DNA from: a virus
Taxonomy: Duplodnaviria; Caudoviricetes
Virus record (IMG/VR): IMGVR_UViG_3300016484_000140
Coordinates: 1 to 39,730 of that record
DNA length: 39,730 bases
Direction: 5' to 3' (one strand)
A program made the translations under genes and the position numbers. Positions 8,137-16,278 of the stretch are shown here, in pieces. How positions within the stretch are numbered: the first letter of the stretch is position 1; every line of letters starts with the position of its first letter. Under the pieces are notes generated by a model that saw only the letters and a program-made list of their open reading frames with translations, was not told where the DNA came from and ran no database searches.

Positions 8137-8589
8137 ATGAACACAATGGAACAAAACTTCAAAAACGCAAAAAAGGAAATCCGTTCATTAGGCGTAAAAG
8201 TAAAAGTTAATGTAATGGAATGTTGCAGAGGTTGTATCGGAACAGAAAAGTTAGGTTTGAAGTCAGAAAATGAACCTTATATCTACACTTACGGCGGACA
8301 AGGTAACGCGGTTAGTTGGGTTGATGGACTTCCTTATCTACGTTCCGAAGTTAATAGAAATTGGCGTTTAGATGAAAAAGATTTAGTTAATTCTGAATAT
8401 TTTAATCACGGCAATTTAACACCTGAACTTGGTAAGCAAATCGTTGCCGCATTTGAACGTAATGGTTTCGTAGTTAATTGGGACGGCGACCAGTTCCATT
8501 GTATTGAAGTTGATTTCAAAGCAACCAAATTAAATCAAGACGCAGTAAAAGCAGTTGAAGCAATTCAAACCGATTACGCAATGTGCTAA
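8137..8589 (+). CDS. DUF6891-like early protein
   Basis: CCRGC and GKQIVAAFERNGFVVNWDGD motifs; RBS GTTAGGGA. Confidence 0.6.
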   Translation: MNTMEQNFKNAKKEIRSLGVKVKVNVMECCRGCIGTEKLGLKSENEPYIYTYGGQGNAVSWVDGLPYLRSEVNRNWRLDEKDLVNSEYFNHGNLTPELGKQIVAAFERNGFVVNWDGDQFHCIEVDFKATKLNQDAVKAVEAIQTDYAMC

Positions 8590-8616
8590 TCGTTATAACG
8601 AAGGGAAATAAATAAA

Positions 8617-8949
8617 ATGACAAACGTAGTAATTACTTGGAAAGCATTTGGAAACAAGCCAGAACGTAATCGTTATATTTCTTCCGTTAAATTTCAAACG
8701 GAATTTGATGTAACTTCAGTTAATGACAAAGTAGCGTTATTAGACGTTATTTATCATTCAACTAATACTTATTCGGGCAACTTATGGAACCTTATTGAAC
8801 CGCTTTTATCGCCAAATCGCACTCATACCGCGTTAAGCGTAGGCGACGAAGTTCAAATAGGTGATGACGTTTATCGTTGCGCTGATTTTGGTTGGGACAA
8901 AATTACCTGCATATTTGATAAGGAAGGAGTGATAAACAATGACAACTAA
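8617..8949 (+). CDS. YodL-like domain early protein
   Basis: HTALSVGDEVQI..VYRCADFGW motif; RBS CGAAGGGA. Confidence 0.6.
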   Translation: MTNVVITWKAFGNKPERNRYISSVKFQTEFDVTSVNDKVALLDVIYHSTNTYSGNLWNLIEPLLSPNRTHTALSVGDEVQIGDDVYRCADFGWDKITCIFDKEGVINNDN

Positions 8950-9064
8950 AAATAAAGAAATATATAAATGCGGTATCTGCGGCAAAGTATTAGTTCAAGG
9001 TCAATGGATACCAGCGTTTGTTTGTCCAGACCCTAAGTGCTTTAACAGCGAAGAAACAGACTAA
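8939..9064 (+). CDS. 41-aa zinc-ribbon microprotein
   Basis: MTTKNKEIYKCGICGK...VCPDPKC; AAGGAG RBS; stop abuts HH2. Confidence 0.65.
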   Translation: MTTKNKEIYKCGICGKVLVQGQWIPAFVCPDPKCFNSEETD

Positions 9065-9126
9065 GGCGAAACCGCCCCACGTGGGCGGTCTATCGGTAAA
9101 TAACCGATACTGACGAGCCTCGTCAG
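9064..9126 (+). ncRNA. Type II hammerhead ribozyme HH2, cleavage after C9090
   Basis: AGGC-GAAA, stem III (CCGCCC/GGGCGG), TC, stem I (TATCGGT/ACCGATA), CTGACGA-GCCT; all core nucleotides intact. Confidence 0.93.
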
Positions 9127-9145
9127 CATAACGTTAGGGAAACAA

Positions 9146-9610
9146 ATGACTACTGAAACAACAACCGAAGTAAAAGAACCAACACCATACGAAGTTGCGG
9201 CAGAGTTCGTTAAGAATAACGCCGTATCTGAAATTACAGAACGTATTGCACGTCAAAGCGAAGAAGTTATTGCGTTACGTGCCAATTATGAACAAGCGTC
9301 AAAAGAACTACGTAACTGGAAAAATAGTATTACGGAGTTTTTGAAAGACCATATTAAAAATGACGATATTGATACCGATATGCTAAAAGAATTTGCGGAA
9401 GAACTTAATATTGAACTAACTAAGGAAATTGAAGTTACGTTCAAAGTTAATGTTAAATTCACCGCAACAGTTCCGCTTGATTTTGACGCGGATAAAATTG
9501 ACGAAAGCGATTTCAATGTTGATATTGATTATCGCGGTAATCACGAAGACGTTGAAATGGACGAAGATTATTCAGATATTGAAGATTTTGACGTTTCTAA
9601 CGACAACTAA
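9146..9610 (+). CDS. Acidic coiled-coil hypothetical protein
   Basis: 154 aa with a D/E-rich C-terminal third; RBS GTTAGGGA. Confidence 0.75.
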   Translation: MTTETTTEVKEPTPYEVAAEFVKNNAVSEITERIARQSEEVIALRANYEQASKELRNWKNSITEFLKDHIKNDDIDTDMLKEFAEELNIELTKEIEVTFKVNVKFTATVPLDFDADKIDESDFNVDIDYRGNHEDVEMDEDYSDIEDFDVSNDN

Positions 9611-9660
9611 ATAACAATTAAATAAACCAAACAAACAACTAATAGAAAGAAGGCAATAAA

Positions 9661-10653
9661 ATGGGTATGGTTCCAGATGAGTTTGAAGATGGAACAGCGG
9701 CGTTTTTCACAAATCGTGAGGTCGCGTGGCACAAATTAGGTGTTGTTACACCTAACGCATTAACTGCAGAAGACGCACTTAAAACCGCGTTGCTTGACTG
9801 GAAGGTAATTAAATCCGATACGCCAGTTGAAACAATTGTTCCAACGGCTGACGGCAAAAGCACTAGCAAGATTACATTTCCAGATAAGTTTATGACTTAT
9901 CGTTATCACCCAAAGACAAACAAGGCTGACGCTTTGGGCGTTGTGGGTAATCGTTATACGCCAGTTCAGAACGCGGAAGCATTTTCGTTTTTGAACTACG
10001 TAGCAGATGAATCAGGCGCGGTATTTGAAACGGCTGGTTCAATGAATAATGGTCGTAAAGTATTTATGACTATGAAAATGCCAGAAGGTTTACAAATCGG
10101 TGGGCAAGACGCAATTGATTTGTATTTAATGGCGTGGAATACGCACGACGGAACTTCCGCGTTTAACTTACTGGTTACACCTATCCGCGTTGTTTGTCAG
10201 AACACGCTAACTGCGGCTATTCATAGCGCGAAATCTAATTACGCGTTACGACACACACCGGGCGTTAATGGCAAAATTCAGGCGGCTCGTGACGCACTCA
10301 AACTTACTTTCAAATATACGGAAGAGTTTGAGAAAATGGCAGAAAAACTTATTAGTCAAGAAATGACCGATAAACAATTTGCCACTTTAGTTGAGAACGT
10401 ATTTCCAATTGACGAAGAAAGTCAGCGCGCAACAACAATTGCGGAAACTGCTCGCGGAACTTTGATGGGTCTTTGGAAAGCACCTACGCAAGCAAATATT
10501 GCTAATACAAAATGGGCGGCGTATAACGCGTTTATTGAATACTCTGACTGGGCTTCACCGATACGTGGCAAGAACCCAGAAACATTACGTGCTGAACGTA
10601 TTATTAGTGGCGCTGGTGACCGATTTAAGAACAAGATACTGGCACTTCTTTAA
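9661..10653 (+). CDS. DUF932/DUF945 family protein (phage/plasmid-like, TIGR03299 type)
   Basis: WHKLG, YTPVQN, FETAGS..GRKVF, NTHDGT, TPIRVVCQNTL and LRHT motifs. Confidence 0.9.
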   Translation: MGMVPDEFEDGTAAFFTNREVAWHKLGVVTPNALTAEDALKTALLDWKVIKSDTPVETIVPTADGKSTSKITFPDKFMTYRYHPKTNKADALGVVGNRYTPVQNAEAFSFLNYVADESGAVFETAGSMNNGRKVFMTMKMPEGLQIGGQDAIDLYLMAWNTHDGTSAFNLLVTPIRVVCQNTLTAAIHSAKSNYALRHTPGVNGKIQAARDALKLTFKYTEEFEKMAEKLISQEMTDKQFATLVENVFPIDEESQRATTIAETARGTLMGLWKAPTQANIANTKWAAYNAFIEYSDWASPIRGKNPETLRAERIISGAGDRFKNKILALL

Positions 10654-10670
10654 TACCACACACACCAAAT

Positions 10671-10712
10671 AAACGTGGCGGATATTCAATTGGTATCCGC
10701 CACGTTTTGTTC
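10671..10712 (+). terminator. Intrinsic terminator of the early operon
   Basis: AAACGTGGCGGATA / TATCCGCCACGTTT stem with a T-rich tail. Confidence 0.85.
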
Positions 10713-10714
10713 TA

Positions 10715-10748
10715 TTGATTAATTAACTTCCCCAAGTAGAATAGGAAA
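10715..10748 (+). promoter_or_regulatory. Sigma70-type promoter for the recombination/replication operon
   Basis: TTGATT (10715-10720), 16 nt, TAGAAT (10737-10742). Confidence 0.7.
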
Positions 10749-10993
10749 TGGAGGCAAACCCAATGATAAGTAATTTAATCGCTATTCTTTATGGCGTATT
10801 TTGCGGCGTTCTCGCATTACTTGTTATTAAATTCAACGGAAATCCACGAAGACTAACTAAGCGCGGTAAATATTTTGTATTTATCGTGGCTATTGTCGTG
10901 GGCTTTTTGTTAGGGCAATACATTCTTAACGTGGAATGGAATTGCGATTTGCGACCACAAGCAACAACTCCGTGCGAAGTGCATTGGAGATAA
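10748..10993 (+). CDS. Small two-TM membrane protein (start may be 10763)
   Basis: Two hydrophobic helices, a basic loop and a C-terminal Cys pair. Confidence 0.7.
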   Translation: MEANPMISNLIAILYGVFCGVLALLVIKFNGNPRRLTKRGKYFVFIVAIVVGFLLGQYILNVEWNCDLRPQATTPCEVHWR

Positions 10994-11014
10994 CCAATTA
11001 GAAAGGCAAACCAA

Positions 11015-11209
11015 ATGGACAAAATCAAGGTCAAGGCAATTATCGGAGTAGAAATGCCAGCACCAGAAATCAATTCTGGTTCAACGTCTGATAAGAATTC
11101 TTTATTGCGTAGCCACGCAGAAACAGTTATCAAAAATACGTTGTCCGATATGAACCCAGAAATCTTGCGTTTGAACTTATCAAGAAGGGAAACAAATAAT
11201 GGCGATTAA
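11015..11209 (+). CDS. Hypothetical protein
   Basis: GAAAGGC RBS; fits operon packing. Confidence 0.65.
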   Translation: MDKIKVKAIIGVEMPAPEINSGSTSDKNSLLRSHAETVIKNTLSDMNPEILRLNLSRRETNNGD

Positions 11210-11366
11210 TGCCGAACAGGTACGCGGTTGGATAGCGGAGTTACAAGTAATAGCAAGTATGAACAATAATCCAATTTTGCGCGATATAGCAGATACGTTA
11301 GATGAAGGCGTTGTATCGGGCAGAATTTATATTGAAGAACCAATTAACGAAGGGAAAAATAAATGA
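11199..11366 (+). CDS. 55-aa hypothetical protein (MAINAEQVRGW...)
   Basis: GAAGGGA RBS; ATGA overlap with bet; fills the gap. Confidence 0.65.
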   Translation: MAINAEQVRGWIAELQVIASMNNNPILRDIADTLDEGVVSGRIYIEEPINEGKNK

Positions 11367-12163
11367 ATAACAGCGCGCTCGCCGTTACTGGCGAACAAAG
11401 TTGGTGGAACGACAAGCAAGAAGCCGCATTGAAGCAAATTGGATTATCTAATGCGCCAAAAGCGGAACTTGCGGTATTTCTACATTACGCACAAAGAACA
11501 GGGTTAGACCCATTTGCGCGGCAAATTTATATGATAGAACGCGGTGGGCGTTACACAATTCAAGCAAGTATTGATGGATTACGTATCGTTGCGCAACGTT
11601 CTGGCGAATATGCTGGACAAGTTGGGCCGTTTTGGTGCGGTCCAGATGGCGTATGGACAGATGTTTGGTTAGAGAAAGAACCGCCAGTTGCGGCAAAAGT
11701 GGGCGTTATGCGGTTGGGCTTTACTGAACCTTTATGGGGCGTGGCAAAGTTTGATAGTTATAACGCAAACTCACCTATCTGGAAAAAAATGCCAGACACA
11801 ATGATAGCGAAATGCGCCGAAGCACTTGCGCTACGTAAAGCGTTTCCAAATGACCTTAGTGGTATTTACACCAGCGAGGAAATGGAACAAGCCGAAGTTA
11901 TACCAGTTAAAACAACAACTTTGGAAATTCCAGATAATAACGTTACTCCGATTAAACCAAATACGGAAATAACACGTGAGAATTGTTTAACTGCGTTAGA
12001 ACTTGTTAATGACGCTAAATCAATTCCAGAATTGCGTTCATTATTTGAACAATACAAAGTCTTATTAGATTTTGAATTTTCTTACAATAACGAAATTACA
12101 ACCATACGTGCTGAAATTATGGATAGAAAATCCGATTTAGAGGCGCAAACAAGTGGTAACTAA
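11363..12163 (+). CDS. bet: Phage recombinase Bet/RecT (single-strand annealing protein)
   Basis: GLDPFARQIY, IDGLRIVAQRSG, W.KMP.TMIAKCAEALALRKAFP..LSGIY..EEM motifs. Confidence 0.93.
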   Translation: MNNSALAVTGEQSWWNDKQEAALKQIGLSNAPKAELAVFLHYAQRTGLDPFARQIYMIERGGRYTIQASIDGLRIVAQRSGEYAGQVGPFWCGPDGVWTDVWLEKEPPVAAKVGVMRLGFTEPLWGVAKFDSYNANSPIWKKMPDTMIAKCAEALALRKAFPNDLSGIYTSEEMEQAEVIPVKTTTLEIPDNNVTPIKPNTEITRENCLTALELVNDAKSIPELRSLFEQYKVLLDFEFSYNNEITTIRAEIMDRKSDLEAQTSGN

Positions 12164-12479
12164 TTTTGGGTTATTAGAACTTGACTTTAATATAGAACTA
12201 ACACCTGCGGAAAAGTTTGAACGTTTTCACGAACTTAACCCGCAGGTGTTTAACGCTTTGGAAAGTATGACTACGGAATTAACAAATCGTGGTCGTAAGC
12301 GTATCGGTATCAAAATGCTATTTGAAGTATTGAGATGGAATTACTATATGGAAACTTCCGACCCTAATTCCGACTTCAAAATCAATAACAATTACGCGCC
12401 ATATTATTCACGGCTCTTAATTGAAAAACACCCAGAGTGGGCAAACGTATTTGAACTTAGAACAATTAGGAGTAAATAA
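12153..12479 (+). CDS. Conserved phage hypothetical protein
   Basis: F..FH..NP.V / FEVLRW / FKINNNYAPYYSR motif. Confidence 0.75.
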   Translation: MVTNFGLLELDFNIELTPAEKFERFHELNPQVFNALESMTTELTNRGRKRIGIKMLFEVLRWNYYMETSDPNSDFKINNNYAPYYSRLLIEKHPEWANVFELRTIRSK

Positions 12480-12727
12480 TGAACGGCAGAACAAATCGTG
12501 AATGGATAGAGTTACTTAATACTCTTTACAGCAATACACAACCTAATGCTTCTTCTCTTAGCATTAGTTCTGTTACAACTATCACTAAAAAAGAACCTGA
12601 CTTAATTCCAATTCCGTTGGATAAATTGTTTGAACTTTACGGCAATTTAATACTGGTTGGGTTTGAAAAAGATGAAGCATTATCAATTGTAAATACGGTG
12701 GTTACAAATGCCGAACGAACCGCATAG
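12479..12727 (+). CDS. Hypothetical protein
   Basis: AGGAG RBS; TAATG coupling. Confidence 0.65.
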   Translation: MNGRTNREWIELLNTLYSNTQPNASSLSISSVTTITKKEPDLIPIPLDKLFELYGNLILVGFEKDEALSIVNTVVTNAERTA

Positions 12728-12830
12728 ATGTTGGTATTGCGGTAACTGGAAACCTAACGCCATAGATAGATGTTCTGTTTGTGGCAATACTGGGAAGGAT
12801 AAACCTTATGGTAACACCGCAAACAATTGA
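12708..12830 (+). CDS. 40-aa zinc-ribbon microprotein
   Basis: MPNEPHRCWYCG...RCSVCG; fills the gap. Confidence 0.55.
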   Translation: MPNEPHRCWYCGNWKPNAIDRCSVCGNTGKDKPYGNTANN

Positions 12831-13146
12831 ACAAAGATTATTAGCCTTATCTAAAGAAATAGATGACGCTCATAATTATTTGGAAGACGCGGAACGCGCC
12901 TACCATAAATCAAAAGCCGCATTTGAAATAGCGGTAGCACGTGCGCGTTTGTCGCACCACCAGAGTAAGTTACGTGTTCAAGATATACAAGATTTAGCGT
13001 TACTTGAAACGGAAACTGAATATCAAACACTTCAAATCGCAGAAGCACAAGTCAAGGCGGCTCGTGCTAACGCAACGCGTATCCGAACACAAGTGGATAT
13101 TGCGCGTTCTATCGGAACTTCCGTTAGAGCAAGTTTAGAAATGTAA
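12808..13146 (+). CDS. Coiled-coil protein, possibly a recombination accessory factor
   Basis: ATG 12808 with GGAAGGA RBS; all-helical heptads; lies between bet and the exonuclease. Confidence 0.65.
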   Translation: MVTPQTIEQRLLALSKEIDDAHNYLEDAERAYHKSKAAFEIAVARARLSHHQSKLRVQDIQDLALLETETEYQTLQIAEAQVKAARANATRIRTQVDIARSIGTSVRASLEM

Positions 13147-13157
13147 GGAAGGGAAAA

Positions 13158-13316
13158 ATGAAGACTAAAGAAAAACTAATTTGTTCCGTTTGTGGAACAG
13201 AAGATATGTTCATTACGTTAAAAAATGGCGAGAAATTGCCACAATACGCATATTCAATTGCGACTAACAAAGTAACTTGTATGCCTTGTAAAGAAGGTAA
13301 AAATGTTAGTAAATGA
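13158..13316 (+). CDS. 52-aa zinc-binding microprotein
   Basis: CSVC...CMPC; GAAGGGA RBS. Confidence 0.65.
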   Translation: MKTKEKLICSVCGTEDMFITLKNGEKLPQYAYSIATNKVTCMPCKEGKNVSK

Positions 13317-14220
13317 AATGCTTCTCAAAGCGTTATCGGCTTATAACGATAGCCGCGAACGTAGCCAGCAAAAACAAATCGGTGTATCGCAATTAGGTGG
13401 TTGCCGCCGACAAGTCTGGTATCAATTACAAGATACTAATAAAACTAACGACACGTTAAAACTTCCAGCACTTATGGGAACAGGTATTCATAAGATGATA
13501 GAAGAAGCGTTGTTATTAGACGTTAAGCAAAACTGGGCTGAATATTTAATTGAAATGGAAGTTGAATATTCTGGATTAAAAGGGCATATTGATTTATTTA
13601 TCCCCGAAATCGGCGCAGTTATTGACTGGAAGACAACCAAGTTAAAGAACCTTGATTATTTTCCTAGTAAGCAACAACGCTGGCAAGTTCATACTTACGC
13701 ATATTTGCTAGAGAAAAACGGATATAACCCTAAAACGGTTACGTTAGTGGCAATACCGCGTGATGGTGACGAACGCCAAATTAAAATCCATACTGAAGAA
13801 TATTCCGAAGATATTGCCGCAGAAGCGTGGGCGTGGTATCAAGATATTCAGCAACGTACCGAAGCACCAGAACCAGAGCGATATGCGGCTCAATTCTGTA
13901 AGTTTTATTGCCCATACTACGGCGAGAATTGCGGTGGTAAGGGAAAAGAACTTACGCAGGAAACTATTACCGATAAGGAAATTATTTCTGCGGTTGAACG
14001 TTACGTAACACTTTCCGAAGAAATAAAGGAACGTGAAGCGCAGAAAGATGGATTAAAAGCCGCGTTAGAGAATATAAACGGCGTTACTCCTAGTGGTTTG
14101 AAGGTTACGTGGTCGCAGGTTGCTGGTCGTTCTTCCGTAGATGAAGAAGCAGTTAAAGCGGCTATGGGCGAAGTTCCAAAGAAACAAGGCGAACCGCAAA
14201 TGAGGTTAACAATTAAATGA
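13303..14220 (+). CDS. PD-(D/E)XK Cas4/RecB-like exonuclease, partner of Bet
   Basis: GGCRRQ, GTGIH, GHID, IDWKT and QVHTY motifs, plus C-terminal C..YC..C (Fe-S ligands). Confidence 0.88.
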   Translation: MLVNEMLLKALSAYNDSRERSQQKQIGVSQLGGCRRQVWYQLQDTNKTNDTLKLPALMGTGIHKMIEEALLLDVKQNWAEYLIEMEVEYSGLKGHIDLFIPEIGAVIDWKTTKLKNLDYFPSKQQRWQVHTYAYLLEKNGYNPKTVTLVAIPRDGDERQIKIHTEEYSEDIAAEAWAWYQDIQQRTEAPEPERYAAQFCKFYCPYYGENCGGKGKELTQETITDKEIISAVERYVTLSEEIKEREAQKDGLKAALENINGVTPSGLKVTWSQVAGRSSVDEEAVKAAMGEVPKKQGEPQMRLTIK

Positions 14221-14291
14221 CGGTAAAAGATAATTGGGACAATTGCAAAGAACCTAATTGCGATAAATGTCATTGTAAGGAATGTGAATAA
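14217..14291 (+). CDS. 24-aa Cys-rich microprotein
   Basis: MTVKDNWDNCKEPNCDKCHCKECE; coupled at both ends (ATGA, TAATG). Confidence 0.5.
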   Translation: MTVKDNWDNCKEPNCDKCHCKECE

Positions 14292-15091
14292 TGACGTGGA
14301 TAAAAATTGACGATAGTTTCCCCGACCACCCGAAGGTGGTTGGGTTATCGGATAAATCTTTTCGCGTTTATATATCCGCGCTTTGTTACGCTGGCAGATA
14401 TTTAACAGATGGTTTTATACCTATGACGATTATTGCCAGATTTGCTGACGAGGATATGAGTTATATCGTTGAACTCACCAAATCGGGATTATTAAAAGAA
14501 GATATTAGTAATAACGGTTTCACCATACACGATTATTTGGCACATCAAACTTCACGGCAACAAGTTGAAGATAAACGTGCCAATTTAAGAGAAAGGCAAA
14601 AACGTTATAGAGAGAAACACGCTTTTGATAATGACGAGTTTGATAACGCGTTATTAACGGAGCCAGAATACAGAATACAGAATACAGAAGACATAATACA
14701 GAATACAGAAATAAATAAACTACTTCCTGCGCCGAGAGTGCGAAGTGCCAAATTAGCAGTTGAAAATATTTCTAATAAATTGGCAGAAGCACGTGCTAAT
14801 GGGATTAACGCTTGGAACTTATCCAGACTTGTTGAAGATGAATGGGATAAGTTACATAACGATAACGACATTGGCGGTTGTATCGCACTAACTGCGTGGT
14901 ATGTAACAGAACTCCAGAGCCGCACTTTAACTAGCGCGGAAATTGGTCGTATCGGTCAAATGACTAAACGTTTTGGTCGTATTGCGTTACTTGCCATAGA
15001 TGAAGCGGCAAGTAAAGATTTAACGGATTTAGTTAGTTATGCATATCGCGTAGCGCAAAATATGTATAAAGAAAGGCAAAAAGATAAATGA
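14291..15091 (+). CDS. Replication initiator / replisome organiser
   Basis: WIKIDD.F.DHPK N-terminus, IHDYL.HQ, RERQKRYR, and internal DNA repeats. Confidence 0.8.
   Translation: MTWIKIDDSFPDHPKVVGLSDKSFRVYISALCYAGRYLTDGFIPMTIIARFADEDMSYIVELTKSGLLKEDISNNGFTIHDYLAHQTSRQQVEDKRANLRERQKRYREKHAFDNDEFDNALLTEPEYRIQNTEDIIQNTEINKLLPAPRVRSAKLAVENISNKLAEARANGINAWNLSRLVEDEWDKLHNDNDIGGCIALTAWYVTELQSRTLTSAEIGRIGQMTKRFGRIALLAIDEAASKDLTDLVSYAYRVAQNMYKERQKDK
14643..14712. repeat. Putative replication origin: 12-bp palindrome plus 7 tandem CAGAATA-like heptamers
   Basis: ATAACGCGTTAT at 14643-14654; CAGAATA x3, CAGAAGA, CATAATA, CAGAATA, CAGAAAT at 14664-14712; AT-rich flank. Confidence 0.65.
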
Positions 15092-15363
15092 ACGAAAATA
15101 TAATTTCAGAAATTCTTAATAATTGGTTTTTTAATCACCCAATTAATAAGCACGATTACGGCGATTTAGTAGGTGAATTTGTCGTTATATTGCGTGAAAA
15201 TAACCCTTTATTTGACGAAGATAAATTCATTGAAAATTGTGGTTTAAAAGAAGATATTAAGTGTTTTGTTTGTAACGAACCAGCAGAACATAAAAAAATG
15301 GGTAAAGATTTATGTACCTATCATTACGACTTAGCAAACGACCATAAGAGAGACCGCGACTAA
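15088..15363 (+). CDS. Hypothetical protein with C-terminal Zn finger
   Basis: NPLFDEDKF motif; CFVC...LCTYH. Confidence 0.7.
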   Translation: MNENIISEILNNWFFNHPINKHDYGDLVGEFVVILRENNPLFDEDKFIENCGLKEDIKCFVCNEPAEHKKMGKDLCTYHYDLANDHKRDRD

Positions 15364-15545
15364 TGGGCGATATTAACTGGTTAATTAATATGGTTTCTGC
15401 CGATATTGGTTCAACATTTGACGCTGTTAAATCTAACAGTAAATTAATGACCGAAATTGAACGCTATGTTAAAGGCGAAATATACGAATATAGTGATTTA
15501 ATTAAAGTGTTAACCGAGAAGGTGAAAAATGAAGTTAAGAAATAA
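15363..15545 (+). CDS. Hypothetical protein
   Basis: TAATG coupling. Confidence 0.6.
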   Translation: MGDINWLINMVSADIGSTFDAVKSNSKLMTEIERYVKGEIYEYSDLIKVLTEKVKNEVKK

Positions 15546-15831
15546 ACTTTGTTCAGGTCGGCATTGGTTTGTTAAGGAAGGGCAATTGTTTCTTACCACC
15601 GATACGGAAAAAGAACAAGAGTTAGCAAAGAAAGTAATTAAAGTGTTAGAAGCGCAAATAAGGTTGAATATTTATGAACAAATTTGCGATTTCAAACCAT
15701 TAGATAATCGGCGACAAATAGTTAAAATGGCTGGCAATATGGATAATGCGTTACTAGCCGTTCAAGCAATTTGCGCCGATATTGCGTTAGGTAAAGGTAA
15801 TGACGGAACAAACGCCCGAAAAGACGTTTGA
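15529..15831 (+). CDS. Hypothetical protein
   Basis: GAAGGTG RBS; operon packing. Confidence 0.65.
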   Translation: MKLRNKLCSGRHWFVKEGQLFLTTDTEKEQELAKKVIKVLEAQIRLNIYEQICDFKPLDNRRQIVKMAGNMDNALLAVQAICADIALGKGNDGTNARKDV

Positions 15832-15970
15832 CGTTTTAATGCGCGTTCTTAGGGGTATTGAGGAACTTCGTATCCAAGATACCCCTATGAACGAATTAGC
15901 CTTTGTTTATAGAGAAGGACACGAACTAGCGTTAGATAACGCTATGAACATAATTAGAAGGGAATTATAA
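15800..15970 (+). CDS. 56-aa hypothetical protein (MTEQTPEKTF...)
   Basis: Fills the gap; stop is adjacent to the next ATG. Confidence 0.6.
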   Translation: MTEQTPEKTFDVLMRVLRGIEELRIQDTPMNELAFVYREGHELALDNAMNIIRREL

Positions 15971-16264
15971 ATGCACTGCGGAAAAGTTAATTGTATTTGT
16001 ACGCATAAAGATGGTTGCGAAAAAGGATTTATTCATACGCGTTATTCTGATAAACGTTATATAAACACGCCCGAAGGACAGAAAGTTGTAGAAACTTGGT
16101 ACGACGGCGTATTATTTTGCCCAACCTGTGACCCAGAAAGGGCGCATATACAGAAAACTTCACGTTCTAGTGAAGAATTTCAACAACGCTTGCGTGAGCG
16201 TTCTTCGCTGAAATCTAGCGACTACTACGACAAAGAAGAAGCAAGCAAAACCCGAACCCTCTAA
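15971..16264 (+). CDS. Cys/His-rich hypothetical protein
   Basis: C...CICTH..CEKG...CPTC motif. Confidence 0.7.
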   Translation: MHCGKVNCICTHKDGCEKGFIHTRYSDKRYINTPEGQKVVETWYDGVLFCPTCDPERAHIQKTSRSSEEFQQRLRERSSLKSSDYYDKEEASKTRTL

Positions 16265-16278
16265 TAAAGGAGTAGGAA

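Noticed and set aside
13303-14220. Cas4-like protein as sign of a CRISPR system
   Set aside because: No repeat-spacer array or other cas genes; the context is Bet-linked recombination.
14444-14480. CTGACGA followed by a short hairpin inside the initiator gene (similar core words near 6124, 13793, 27835)
   Set aside because: No correctly placed GAAA and stems I/III; not hammerheads.
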